A DNA stretch of 64,000 nucleotides. Source: a virus. Below the pieces are notes generated by a model that ran no database searches, was not told the DNA's origin, and saw nothing but the letters and a program-made list of their open reading frames with translations. The translations under genes and the position numbers were made by a program. Positions 1-10,024 of the stretch are shown piece by piece (position 1 is the stretch's first letter; each line of letters starts with the position of its first letter). Location: positions 4,959-68,958 of IMG/VR virus record IMGVR_UViG_3300027793_000082. One strand, written 5' to 3'.

Positions 1-459
1 GCCCTTCAGCACCAAGGTTTTGAGGTTGTCTATCCGAGCGTAGCAGGCCACATAAGCCTCAATGAGACGCCCTGAAGAGGTCTGAGCCAACTGGTCCATC
101 CCGCCTTCTGTGTCCACCCGCTTGGCCTGCACCAAACCGTTGTCGATGTAGGTGTGGCTCCTGGGGCTAAGCTGAGCTCCGCGATTAAGGCAGTAAGCAA
201 TCTTGCCCATGGTCTGCTGCACCCCAAAGGGCACGTTCTTGACCAAGCCAGCATCATGTGCACGACCAGCCTGCGTGAGATAAGCTTGCGCTTCCCGCAC
301 CAGGTCATCGGGCTCAACAGCCTGGTGTACCCAGTTCAGTGCCAGACCATACCGCACATTAAAGTCTGGTGCAGTGTAGTCCAGGGTGCTGAAATCTGGA
401 GTGCTCTTGCTGTGCAAGATCTCTTGCAGCTTAGCGTCAGTGCGTGTCAGGCGAGCCAT
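1..459 (-). CDS. hypothetical protein, runs off the window start (MARLTRTDAKLQEILHSK...)
   Basis: Read manually: AGGAG RBS, ATG at 459, frame open to position 1; sigma70-like promoter just upstream. Confidence 0.75.
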   Translation of the reverse strand, partial: MARLTRTDAKLQEILHSKSTPDFSTLDYTAPDFNVRYGLALNWVHQAVEPDDLVREAQAYLTQAGRAHDAGLVKNVPFGVQQTMGKIAYCLNRGAQLSPRSHTYIDNGLVQAKRVDTEGGMDQLAQTSSGRLIEAYVACYARIDNLKTLVLKG

Positions 460-486
460 TTGGGTTACTCCTGTCTCTATGCCTGC

Positions 487-515
487 ATCATACAGCTACC
501 CTTCACATGTGTCAA
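487..515 (-). promoter_or_regulatory. sigma70-type promoter TTGACA-N17-TATGAT
   Basis: Near-consensus hexamers upstream of the RBS/ATG at 459. Confidence 0.65.
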
Positions 516-550
516 CCACTTGTTCTTATTTTTCTGAGTTTTTTTTGGAG

Positions 551-579
551 GGTCTTGGGTTGCATTGCAACCCAAGACC
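551..579. terminator. 14-bp perfect inverted repeat downstream of pstS (terminator or stabilising hairpin)
   Basis: ggtcttgggttgca-t-tgcaacccaagacc; no U-tract on the minus strand, so not a canonical intrinsic terminator. Confidence 0.5.
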
Positions 580-592
580 GCTTAGACACAGC

Positions 593-1624
593 TTACTTCC
601 AAACAGGAGTCCCATCAGGAGCTTTAACCTCACTTGCCCATACTTGTCGGATCCGAGTTTTCACCTCAGCTGGCACTGGTACATAGTCCAGCCGCTCAGC
701 TATCTCGTCCCCATGTGAGAAAGCCCAGTCAAAAAACCGCATGGTTGTGAGGCTTGTGGCAGGATTCTTGGGATCACGTGGGAGCAAGATGAAGGTTGGA
801 CTGACGATGGGCCATGTGTCCTTTCCAGGTTGATCTATGAGGTTGACAGCAAAATTGGGCACATTCCAGTTGGCTGCGGCTGCTGTTGCCTCAAAAGCTT
901 TGTGGTTGGGACGCACCCAATGTCCGTCCTTGTTCCGAATTTGCGTTGTCACCAATCCAGCTTGTTGGGCATATGCATTCTCCACATAGCCGATGGCGCC
1001 GCGAAGCTGACGCACACTGGCACTTACACCTTCATTCCCTCGTGCACCTGTGCCAATGGGCCACTTTACACTGGTACCGGTACCAACTCTAGAGCGCCAT
1101 TCCTCGCTTACTGCTGAGAGATAGCTGGCCCACACATAGGTTGTGCCACTGCCATCTGCCCGATACACAACAGCTATCGCTAAATTGGGAAGGCGCAGCG
1201 TGGGGTTAAGCTCTACAATTCGTTGGTCATTCCATTTTACAATCTTGCCAAGATATATGTCAGCCAAGACTTGGCCAGTTAGCCTCAGCTGATCCCTTTC
1301 CAGTCCCGGAACATGCACAGCCGCTACCAAACTGCCCATCGCAGCAGGAAATTGGAGCAGGTTGTTTTTCTCAAGGTCTTCTTGTTTCATTGGAGCATCA
1401 CTTGCACCAAAGTCCACTGTGCGGTTTCTTATTTGGTTTTGACCAGCCCCACTTCCCACACTTTGATAGTTGAGTTGAATTCCAGTTTTTTTGGCTTCTT
1501 CCCCCCATTTCTGATACAACGGATTGGGAAATGTTGCCCCAGCCCCGTTGATAGGTTGTGCCATAACTGATGCAGTAGAGCTTATTACAAGCACCGCAGC
1601 AGCCAGCAATGTTTTTAGATACAT
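593..1624 (-). CDS. pstS: phosphate ABC transporter substrate-binding protein
   Basis: Signal peptide then GAGATFP, YQSVGSGAG, DFGASDAP, RADGSGTT, GNEGV motifs; start re-called at ATG 1624 after an AAGGA RBS. Confidence 0.95.
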   Translation of the reverse strand: MYLKTLLAAAVLVISSTASVMAQPINGAGATFPNPLYQKWGEEAKKTGIQLNYQSVGSGAGQNQIRNRTVDFGASDAPMKQEDLEKNNLLQFPAAMGSLVAAVHVPGLERDQLRLTGQVLADIYLGKIVKWNDQRIVELNPTLRLPNLAIAVVYRADGSGTTYVWASYLSAVSEEWRSRVGTGTSVKWPIGTGARGNEGVSASVRQLRGAIGYVENAYAQQAGLVTTQIRNKDGHWVRPNHKAFEATAAAANWNVPNFAVNLIDQPGKDTWPIVSPTFILLPRDPKNPATSLTTMRFFDWAFSHGDEIAERLDYVPVPAEVKTRIRQVWASEVKAPDGTPVWK

Positions 1625-1701
1625 TATTATTCCTTTCATATCCATATTGGCACTGTAATTTTGCCTGATTTTCAAATAACGTGCAAGAGCACTAGCCACT
1701 T

Positions 1702-1719
1702 TTAACAGAAGCGTAACAG
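1702..1719 (-). promoter_or_regulatory. Pho-box-like direct repeat CTGTTAC-GCTT-CTGTTAA
   Basis: 7-4-7 spacing (11-bp period) resembling the PhoB box CTGTCAT-N4-CTGTCAT, ~80 nt upstream of pstS. Confidence 0.65.
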
Positions 1720-1779
1720 TCAAAGTCTCTAGCATAAGACCCTGGTCTGATCCTAAATAGTACAAATGAAGGAACAGCT

Positions 1780-2874
1780 ATGCCACCGTTAACTTTTTGG
1801 AATGGCGTTGGTGCAAAGAACAAGGACTATAAGTTCTTTGATAGAATGGCCGCGCAATACATCAATATGGGCTCAACAGAATTTTATCTCCACAAATATC
1901 TTGGCCCAACCAATCCTGATCCCAAAACAGTGACACCTGACACGGACGAAACCAACCTGCTGAACATTTCAGACTTGGTAAACTTGGAAATCCGTGACAG
2001 AAAGTATGACAGCGATGTCTACAGTATAAAAGGACACTATTTGGTTACGGATACTGAGTTTGATCTCAAACAGTTTGGATTTTTTCTCAGCACTGACACT
2101 GTGTTCATCACATTCCACATCAACCAAATGGTAACCCAACTGGGACGACGCATCATGAGCGGTGATGTTATAGAGGTGCTGCACATGCGAGATGACACAG
2201 CACTGGATGGTCGCCCCATCAACAAGTTTTATGTTGTGCAAGAAGGCACTCGCCCAGCAGAGGGATTCAGTCCCACTTGGTGGCCACATCTCTGGCGCGT
2301 GAAATGTCAACCTTTGACTGATAGCCAGGAGTTCCAAGACATTTTGAACAAAGAGTTGGAAGACAGAGGAGACGGTATCGTTCCAGAGCCCAATCCCGAC
2401 GGGAGCATGCCAACACTTGGACAAGTAAACAGCACTTATGACAAAGAAATAAGCATCAACGACGCAGTGTTGGAAGAGGCTACAGCCAACGTGGCTTTCA
2501 GAAACTGGCAAAGCACACATTTTTACATATTGGAAGAGGATTTGGACAAGCCCATCAGTGTTTACAACTCCGATGGCATTCCGCCAAACCAAAGCAAGCC
2601 AGTGCCGTCAGGCACCAGTTTTCCCAGCGTCTACAAGGAGGGTGACTACTTTCTCCGAATGGACTACTTGCCCCCAGTGCTATACAAACGCGAAGGAATC
2701 AAATGGAAAAGACTAGAAACCAACTATCGTGCACCCTGGCTGCCTGCCAATCGTGTTTTGACAACATTTATTAACAACAGCAATAAAACCACTTATCCCG
2801 ATGGCACCACTGTTGACGAACGTCAAAACTTGCGCACTACAATAAAACCCAAACTTGATCCAGATATTATATAA
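1780..2874 (+). CDS. neck/head-completion protein (T4 gp14-like)
   Basis: D-L-x-QFG-F-L and GDVIE motifs, TAAATA at 1754-1759, lies before a gp15-like gene. Confidence 0.6.
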   Translation: MPPLTFWNGVGAKNKDYKFFDRMAAQYINMGSTEFYLHKYLGPTNPDPKTVTPDTDETNLLNISDLVNLEIRDRKYDSDVYSIKGHYLVTDTEFDLKQFGFFLSTDTVFITFHINQMVTQLGRRIMSGDVIEVLHMRDDTALDGRPINKFYVVQEGTRPAEGFSPTWWPHLWRVKCQPLTDSQEFQDILNKELEDRGDGIVPEPNPDGSMPTLGQVNSTYDKEISINDAVLEEATANVAFRNWQSTHFYILEEDLDKPISVYNSDGIPPNQSKPVPSGTSFPSVYKEGDYFLRMDYLPPVLYKREGIKWKRLETNYRAPWLPANRVLTTFINNSNKTTYPDGTTVDERQNLRTTIKPKLDPDII

Positions 2875-2884
2875 GGAAATTATC

Positions 2885-3328
2885 ATGAGCAAAACCACAG
2901 GTGAAAAAGGCTTATCTCTTATCAAAAGCTTTGAAGGCTTGAAGCTGGATGCTTATATCTGCCCCGCAGGTGTGCCCACTATTGGCTATGGCACAACCAA
3001 GATAAATGGCCAGGCAGTTAAGGTCCCAGCCACCATAACCGAATCACAAGCCAATGAGTTTCTCAAAACTGACGTGAAAACCTTTGAACAAGCAGTCAAC
3101 AGTGCTGTTACCGTTCCCATTACTCAAAACCAGTTTGATGCATTGGTGAGTTTCACATACAACTTGGGGCCCGGAAACTTGCGCTCCAGCACACTTTTGA
3201 AAAAACTCAATGCCAAGGATTATGCTGGTGCTGCTGATGAGTTTCCCAAGTGGAACAAAAGCGGTGGGAAAGAACTGGCTGGCCTAACTCGCCGACGCAA
3301 CGCAGAAAGGGATTTGTTTCTCAGCTAA
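2885..3328 (+). CDS. GH24 phage lysozyme (endolysin)
   Basis: FEGLKLDAYICPAGVPTIGYG, QNQFDALVSFTYNLG, GLTRRR. Confidence 0.95.
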   Translation: MSKTTGEKGLSLIKSFEGLKLDAYICPAGVPTIGYGTTKINGQAVKVPATITESQANEFLKTDVKTFEQAVNSAVTVPITQNQFDALVSFTYNLGPGNLRSSTLLKKLNAKDYAGAADEFPKWNKSGGKELAGLTRRRNAERDLFLS

Positions 3329-5211
3329 TGGAATATTGGTATAACCAACAGCTACGTCAGTATAGACTTCAGGTCATACGTGCGTTCAGTAATTTTTCTG
3401 TCAGCATCGGAGTGAATGATGACGGGTCGCCCAAGCTCAGACGTGTGCCCTGTCGTTATGGTGATGCCTCACGCTTGGCAGAAACCATAACAAATGCCAA
3501 CAGTGAAAACAAACTGCCCACAGCCCCATTCATTTCAGTGTATATGACTGCTATGGCTTTGAGCCCAAATCGGCGGCATGCTCCCAGCTTGGTGTCAACT
3601 CAAAATGTAATTGAGCGAGAATATGACGGTGAAAATTCACGTTATTTGAGCACACAGGGTAACAGAAGCACTGTTGAACGTTACATGGGCGTTCCATTTG
3701 ATTTGACCTTCAATGTGGATTTTTGGACCAGTAATTTGCAACAAAAAGAAGAGCTCTTGGAACAAACTCAAGTGCTTTACAATGGCATGATTGATATTCA
3801 AACATCCAACAATCCTTTGGATTGGACTGCCATCACAACCTTGGAGCCCACGAACATCACTTGGAGCAGCAGAAGCATACCTGTGGGCACTGAAAATCCC
3901 ATTGATGTGTGCACAGTGGAATATAAGGTTCCTATCTTCATCAATCCGCCTGCCAAAGTCAAGTTACAAAAAATCATTCAACAGATTGTCACCAATATCC
4001 AGGAAGGCGAGTATGATCCCAATACCATGGAGTGGACAGAGCAATCTTTGTTGAGCCGTGTGCTCACCACTCCTGGCGATGCATGCATCAGTCTTGCTGT
4101 TGCAGGCGAAAACACTTGGGAAGTGAGCCTCCAGAGTCCAACTGGTGACATAATCGATCCTCAACAGTTGCCCACTAGGGTAACTGGGAGGAAAAATCCC
4201 CTATTGGTGCCTGGCACAACATTTAAATTCAATGGCCAAGCCATAACTATTCCCAACACCAGCATTGACGACTTAGTGAGCTTGATCCGTCTGCGCACAG
4301 TGGACCCCAATTTAAATGTTGTGTTCAACTTGAATCAACAACTGGAATTTTGGAACATGAGTGGAGGCAATGTTGTTTTGGAAAATGTTCAGGGCTCCGC
4401 AGTGGAAAATTTGGGCTTCACCCCCACTACATACAAAGGAGGCACCTTGGCTTGGTGGCGACTCTTGGACAAATATGGTGCTGTGAGGCCCTATAGCAGT
4501 TTTCAATCCAGTGCCAGCCAACTCCGACTCTTGACTAGTGATGATTTGGACAACCGCGAGAACGACCTAGTGGGATATATTGAGCTTCACCCCACCAACC
4601 AAAATCTGCTGGTGTGGAAAGGCGAAATCAACAGTTGGCCCACTAACCAAAGCAGCCCCATTACTGCTGTTATTGATCCACAAAAATCTTTCCCAGGATC
4701 TGGGTTGAGTGAGGAAAAATTTGGCCAACGCTATCTCTTGACAAATGAAATCGCCTTCCAGAGTGGTGCTTGGGGCAATGTCAAAGCTTTAACTCCAGTT
4801 TCCGCACTTGTGGTGTCTGTGCAAAGCTCCACTGAACTTGTTATAACTCCATTGAATCAAGCTCGCTTGAACCTAGAGCGAGAACTTCAACTTATCCTGG
4901 GCACAAGTATAACCCAAACCGCCAGTGTGTTGAGCCTACAACAATTGAATGATAGCCAATACAAAGTTGTGTTGGCTATTGATGTAAATGCAGAATCAGG
5001 AAACACAGTGCAAGTTGTTGCCCCTGTTGTGGCCAACGACATTATTGAATACGATGGTGCAGTGTGGCGTATGGTTTTTGACAGCAGCAACAGCCCACCA
5101 GTTGTGGTGAAGAATCAATACAGTCAAAAATGGTATTTTTGGACAGGAGAACAATGGGTTGTGTTTCCAAACCAAGACTATAAACAAGGGCAATGGCGTC
5201 TCAGCCTTTAA
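3328..5211 (+). CDS. tail sheath stabiliser/terminator (T4 gp15-like) with long C-terminal extension
   Basis: YWY..QLRQY..Q..R.FS, VP.RYG, VPFDL...DFWTSN..QK.ELLEQ motifs. Confidence 0.7.
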   Translation: MEYWYNQQLRQYRLQVIRAFSNFSVSIGVNDDGSPKLRRVPCRYGDASRLAETITNANSENKLPTAPFISVYMTAMALSPNRRHAPSLVSTQNVIEREYDGENSRYLSTQGNRSTVERYMGVPFDLTFNVDFWTSNLQQKEELLEQTQVLYNGMIDIQTSNNPLDWTAITTLEPTNITWSSRSIPVGTENPIDVCTVEYKVPIFINPPAKVKLQKIIQQIVTNIQEGEYDPNTMEWTEQSLLSRVLTTPGDACISLAVAGENTWEVSLQSPTGDIIDPQQLPTRVTGRKNPLLVPGTTFKFNGQAITIPNTSIDDLVSLIRLRTVDPNLNVVFNLNQQLEFWNMSGGNVVLENVQGSAVENLGFTPTTYKGGTLAWWRLLDKYGAVRPYSSFQSSASQLRLLTSDDLDNRENDLVGYIELHPTNQNLLVWKGEINSWPTNQSSPITAVIDPQKSFPGSGLSEEKFGQRYLLTNEIAFQSGAWGNVKALTPVSALVVSVQSSTELVITPLNQARLNLERELQLILGTSITQTASVLSLQQLNDSQYKVVLAIDVNAESGNTVQVVAPVVANDIIEYDGAVWRMVFDSSNSPPVVVKNQYSQKWYFWTGEQWVVFPNQDYKQGQWRLSL

Positions 5212-5219
5212 ATAACTTG

Positions 5220-5984
5220 ATGAAAAAGTATCCCACAAAGCCTGTTGCCCAAGTTGATGTGTCAGTAATGAATCAATTTATTGACCCAAACACGCGAAAA
5301 ATTTTAGAGATACTTCACGATCATCATGTGCCCACCCGTATTGTTGGGGGCGCGGTGCGCGACTTGTTGCTGCATAAACCTCCACGGGATATAGACTTGG
5401 TTGTGGATGCTGATCCCAGTGAAACCTTGTTTTTATTGGATCTCTATGGCATTGAAGCTGAGACTACAGGCATCAAACATGGAACAATCAAGGCTGTATT
5501 CAGAGATAACGGGAGCAAAAACAAGGTGGAAATCACCAGTTTGGGTTACAGAATCCAAATGAAGAACAAGCGTCCGTTTCTCAAGCAAGCCAAAAATTGG
5601 GCAACTGACAGTGAAATGCGAGACTTAACTATCAACTCCATGAGCATGGACTTGCACGGCCATATTTGGGACTACCAAGGTGGATATGAAGATTTGAAGC
5701 ACAGCCGCATACGTATGTTGCCTGATACCAGGACCAACATACAAGACGATCCCAATCAAATCATGCGTTACTTCAAAGCGTTGACAATTTTTCCCAAACC
5801 TCTCATGGTCAAGAAAGACCTTGACTGGATCAAAAAGCACATAAGCCTGTTGGCAAATCAAGAAGATGATGAACGAGTGATCCGGAATCTTTTGAGTATT
5901 CAAAAAAGCCCAAATGCAGACAAAATTCTCCAGTTGATGTGTCAACTGGGTGTGAAAAAATATATTTCATACCTTCCTTGTTAA
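5220..5984 (+). CDS. tRNA nucleotidyltransferase (CCA-adding)/poly(A) polymerase family
   Basis: IVGGAVRDLLL, DIDL, RDLTINSM, DYQGGYEDL motifs. Confidence 0.88.
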   Translation: MKKYPTKPVAQVDVSVMNQFIDPNTRKILEILHDHHVPTRIVGGAVRDLLLHKPPRDIDLVVDADPSETLFLLDLYGIEAETTGIKHGTIKAVFRDNGSKNKVEITSLGYRIQMKNKRPFLKQAKNWATDSEMRDLTINSMSMDLHGHIWDYQGGYEDLKHSRIRMLPDTRTNIQDDPNQIMRYFKALTIFPKPLMVKKDLDWIKKHISLLANQEDDERVIRNLLSIQKSPNADKILQLMCQLGVKKYISYLPC

Positions 5985-6056
5985 GCCTAAAATAGCCCAC
6001 GGCAATAAGGTTCTGTTATACTTGGCAAACAAACTTGTGTAACAAAAGGAACAAGA

Positions 6057-6965
6057 ATGAAAATCAAAATGCCCAGCACCAAGGACGTGAAGAAAGCCAC
6101 CTCCTCTGTCTCAAAAACAGTAACTGACACAACCAAGACAGTGGAAAAAGAAACCACTAAAGCTGTTGACACTGTAACAAAAGAGGCCACAAAGGCTGCT
6201 GACACTGTGGCAAACACAGCAACTGATGTGTACAAGGATGCATCCAAGGCAGCCTCTGACGCCTACAATTACAGCGTGAGCTTGGCCAATAACACTGCTG
6301 CGGTAACTGCTAGTGTAGCCAACACCATTGCCAAAAACACAGAAGAAGCAGCTAAACAAGGTATTGATGTTGCCTCCACTGAGTGGAAGAATGGATGTGC
6401 CTTAGCACAGGACTTTTACAAAGACGGCGCTGAGGCTGTGGTGAAGGCTGCGGAAGATGCATATGCTTGGGTTGACGCCAATGCTTGCCGAATTGGACTG
6501 AACTATGCGCTTACTACAGGCATAGTAATGTATTTTACACCAAAGCCTGCTCCTGCTGATCCAGGCACCGTAAATTCCACAGCAGCAAGCATGACTTGGG
6601 TAGCTTACTTTGCCAGTCAAGCAGGCAAGGCAGCCACGATGGCTCAAACAATGGCATTGAGTTGCAGCATCAGCTACATCATAACTGAAGGTTTGTTTCT
6701 CATTCCAGGTGTCAAGGGCCAGGTAAACAAAACGCTGGTTTTCAATGCACTGTCAAATTGCATCAACACAACCATTACCAATGCTTATCTCTGGGGCACA
6801 CCTGCTGGTGTTGGTATTGCTGTGGGATCAGCCATCAGCCCTGTTATTGCTACACTGATTTGTGAAGGCGTGTTGCCTCGTGGTGTTAGCCAAGGCCCGG
6901 ATGCAAAGGCAGCTGAAGATGGCATCAAGATGGCTAAAGATGCTTTGAAGAGCTTGGGATTTTAA
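6057..6965 (+). CDS. hypothetical protein with T/K/A-rich repetitive N-terminus and hydrophobic C-terminal helices
   Basis: Long ORF with AAGGA RBS; composition. Confidence 0.7.
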   Translation: MKIKMPSTKDVKKATSSVSKTVTDTTKTVEKETTKAVDTVTKEATKAADTVANTATDVYKDASKAASDAYNYSVSLANNTAAVTASVANTIAKNTEEAAKQGIDVASTEWKNGCALAQDFYKDGAEAVVKAAEDAYAWVDANACRIGLNYALTTGIVMYFTPKPAPADPGTVNSTAASMTWVAYFASQAGKAATMAQTMALSCSISYIITEGLFLIPGVKGQVNKTLVFNALSNCINTTITNAYLWGTPAGVGIAVGSAISPVIATLICEGVLPRGVSQGPDAKAAEDGIKMAKDALKSLGF

Positions 6966-7003
6966 GAAACTTGGAAAGCTGAGACTGGTGCTCAGCTCTC
7001 CTT

Positions 7004-8062
7004 TTATGAGAAGATATCACTCAAGGGGTTTTGATATTGATAAAACACTTGAAAGAACTTTTCAGTATAAACTACTGATCCTTCCATTTGAGTATAAACC
7101 TTGTTGGTTCGGCTGGGCTGTAATATTTCACCTTCGTTGGGAATTTTGGCCAGCTTCTGTTGCTCAACATTACTGAGATGAAACCAAGGCACTTGATCTT
7201 TCCAAAAAGCCACTTTGCCGCTCTTGCTCAACTGTTGTTGATATACCTTATATAAGTTGATGCTGTCTACATCAGTGGGCAAGCTACTCCGGGGAACAGC
7301 AAACAAGTCATTTACACCTGCCAAGATGCTGTTGCTGGCCAAGCTGCTGGCAATAATGCTAGTTTCATCTAAAATATGATGATGGCTGCTGCTAAGCGGC
7401 ACATAATCCTGCTCCAAGAACCAATTGATTACCTTACAAACTTTCTGTATTTCTTGTGGATTTGCATGGTTGCATTCAAAAAACACCCATGGTTGATCTT
7501 GCTTGATTCTCCCTTGGGCACCTTTCAAAACATCCAGCTCGTGTCCTTCCACATCCACTTTCATGAGTTTGACTTGGGGAAAATCAAAACTGTCAATACT
7601 CACAGTTTTCACTGTTCTGTTACCACCAGTGCCCACAATGTGACTGGTGCCAGTTTGTTTGGGATTGTATTGAAAACTGATTTCTCCGTTTTGCTCACTC
7701 ACTGCATTATTGAAAATCTGATAAATGTTTTCTTTGCCTTCATAACTCCGCATGATGCATTCACAATTTTCTTGAATGGGCTCAAACATGATTGTGGAAC
7801 TCACAAACCCCTGGCTCAAAAACTCCCAACTGGCTACACCATAGTTTGCCCCAATGTCCAAGAGCAAGCCATCGCCCTCTAAGCCTTGAGCTTGCCAGCT
7901 TTTCCACCATTTTTTGAACAACCAATTGTTGTTTTGTAACCGTAGCTTGCTGCTCCAGAAGTCAGCCTTGTTCATATGCAGATTCAAGCCATTGTAAGGC
8001 AAGACTTCAGTTTGCAGATCAGGCAGTCGTTCCATAAAAATTTTCCCAGAGGCTATTGCCAT
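7004..8062 (-). CDS. FkbM-family SAM methyltransferase
   Basis: LDIGANYG, FEP, KLMKVDVEGHELDVLKGA. Confidence 0.85.
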   Translation of the reverse strand: MAIASGKIFMERLPDLQTEVLPYNGLNLHMNKADFWSSKLRLQNNNWLFKKWWKSWQAQGLEGDGLLLDIGANYGVASWEFLSQGFVSSTIMFEPIQENCECIMRSYEGKENIYQIFNNAVSEQNGEISFQYNPKQTGTSHIVGTGGNRTVKTVSIDSFDFPQVKLMKVDVEGHELDVLKGAQGRIKQDQPWVFFECNHANPQEIQKVCKVINWFLEQDYVPLSSSHHHILDETSIIASSLASNSILAGVNDLFAVPRSSLPTDVDSINLYKVYQQQLSKSGKVAFWKDQVPWFHLSNVEQQKLAKIPNEGEILQPSRTNKVYTQMEGSVVYTEKFFQVFYQYQNPLSDIFS

Positions 8063-8246
8063 GAGTTTTGTATGTTTGGGGCTGCCTGTCAATATCTAAA
8101 ATACTGGAGATGCTCTTGTGTGACAAAAACTCCTTTTGGCAGTTTGTTCAAAGTGCATCATAGCAGGATATATCCTATCTACAACAAACTCAAAAGTTGT
8201 AATATCAGTATAAATAAATCACAATAAGGGTTACAAGGGATACACA

Positions 8247-9941
8247 GTGTTACACAAGCTTAAAATGTTGATTGAAAAGGCAAGCCCAAAACACATTGGG
8301 CAGAGCATCAAAAAAGATCAGTTACTGGAAAATTGGCTATTGGAGCAAACTCAAAATTTAGCACCAGAGGTATCTTTGAGTGAACGTGCATACTCTGTAA
8401 TCAATAATATCAGCAATCTTTGTGAATATAATGCCATCAAAAAATTCAAAAGCTTCAAAGAAGGTTACGGCTTTTGTGGAATGACCAAAAACTGCAAGTG
8501 TGCACAAGAGAGTGTTAGCGAAAAAGTTTCTGCTTCAAAAGCCAACAAAACAACAGCAGAAAAACTAGAGACCAACTCTCGGCGTGCAGCTACAAACATC
8601 GCACGATACGGAGTAACAAATTCTGGGCAAACACTAGAGGCAAAACAGCGCCACAAAGATACATACAACAACAAAGCAAAGGTAACTGAAATTGTTGCCA
8701 AACACCAAAAAACGGTGCAAGACAAATATGGTGTCAGTAACGTTGCTGCATTATCTACTGTCAAACAAAAAAAGGTGCAAACAAACTTGGTGAAGTTTGG
8801 GGTAGATAACCCTATGAAAAACAAAGAGATTAGTGCCAAAGCAACGGCTACAAAACAACAACGATATGAACCACACCACTTAGCAAAACAAAATTATCCA
8901 AGATTTATTCAAATGGTGGTGGAAAACTTTGGTGTCACTCCGCAAATAAGTGCTCAAGAGTATATTGGAGTGCAAACTCGGCCAGAGATGAAATTTGAAT
9001 GTGTCCATTGTGCCACAAGCTTTGTGAAACGTTTCGATTATGCAAGCCCACCAATCTGCAAAGTGTGCTATCCTACCTCTGTTGAATACAAGAGCAAAGA
9101 AGAACTTGAGCTTTTGGCATATGTAAAATCAATCTATCCTGGCAATGTCATAAGTGGTGATCGCAGGAGCATCAATCCTTATGAGATCGATATACTCTTG
9201 CCAGAATTGAAAATTGGCATCGAATATTGTGGACTGTATTGGCACAGCGAAAATTCAGGCAAGAAAAGCTGGAATTATCATTATCGCAAATTTGACGCTG
9301 CCCGAAACAAAAATATCAGACTCATTACTATTTTCAGTGATGAATGGGCATTCAAAAAAGAAACACTGAAACAATATCTTGCCGTTACTTTGGGTCAACA
9401 ATCAGCAAGCATTTGGGCTAGGAAATGTAATTTTCAAAAAATCTCTCACACTGATGCCAAAACGTTCCTAGCAGAATATCATATGCTATCGGCTCCACAA
9501 CGCATGAGTTGGACAGGAGGCTTGACCTTAAATGGTACACTGGAAGGTGTTATGTGTTTCAAAAAGCACTCTGCAGGCGAGTATGAACTCACTAGATTCG
9601 CAACTAAAACTCATGTAGTGGGGGCAGCAAGTAAATTACTGAAAACTTTCATTCAAGAAGTATCGCCCGCCGAAATTTTCAGTTTCAGTGACAATAGATT
9701 TTCACAAGGTGCTGTGTATAAAACATTGGGATTTGAACAAACAGGTATTGTGCCTCCCATGCAAAGCTATGTTGAAAATTACAGTGCGAGGCATCATAAA
9801 CGCTCGATGAAAAAAGGCAAATTATTGCGAGATTATCCCCATCTTGACCAAAAACTCTCAGAATGGGCATTATTACAGAGCTTGGGGTATGATAGGATAT
9901 GGGATTGCGGAAAAATCAAATGGACACTGAAGTTGAAGTGA
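8247..9941 (+). CDS. putative homing endonuclease (KYGV-N repeats, Zn ribbon, PD-(D/E)XK/Vsr-like domain, C-terminal GNAT-like domain)
   Basis: YEIDILLPELKIGIEYCGLYWHS; CxxC pairs; YELTRFA...GAASKLL...YKTLGF...IWDCG; TATAAATA at 8209-8216. Confidence 0.7.
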   Translation: MLHKLKMLIEKASPKHIGQSIKKDQLLENWLLEQTQNLAPEVSLSERAYSVINNISNLCEYNAIKKFKSFKEGYGFCGMTKNCKCAQESVSEKVSASKANKTTAEKLETNSRRAATNIARYGVTNSGQTLEAKQRHKDTYNNKAKVTEIVAKHQKTVQDKYGVSNVAALSTVKQKKVQTNLVKFGVDNPMKNKEISAKATATKQQRYEPHHLAKQNYPRFIQMVVENFGVTPQISAQEYIGVQTRPEMKFECVHCATSFVKRFDYASPPICKVCYPTSVEYKSKEELELLAYVKSIYPGNVISGDRRSINPYEIDILLPELKIGIEYCGLYWHSENSGKKSWNYHYRKFDAARNKNIRLITIFSDEWAFKKETLKQYLAVTLGQQSASIWARKCNFQKISHTDAKTFLAEYHMLSAPQRMSWTGGLTLNGTLEGVMCFKKHSAGEYELTRFATKTHVVGAASKLLKTFIQEVSPAEIFSFSDNRFSQGAVYKTLGFEQTGIVPPMQSYVENYSARHHKRSMKKGKLLRDYPHLDQKLSEWALLQSLGYDRIWDCGKIKWTLKLK

Positions 9942-9945
9942 AAAA

Positions 9946-9971
9946 AAATCCCAGGATTGCTCCTGGGATTT
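9946..9971. terminator. intrinsic terminator of the major capsid gene, probably bidirectional
   Basis: aaatcccagga-ttgc-tcctgggattt flanked by an A8 run and a T-rich run. Confidence 0.85.
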
Positions 9972-10024
9972 CTCTTTTGAATTATGAGTTTCAAAGGGCA
10001 CATTATGTAACCCTTTGATATTGC

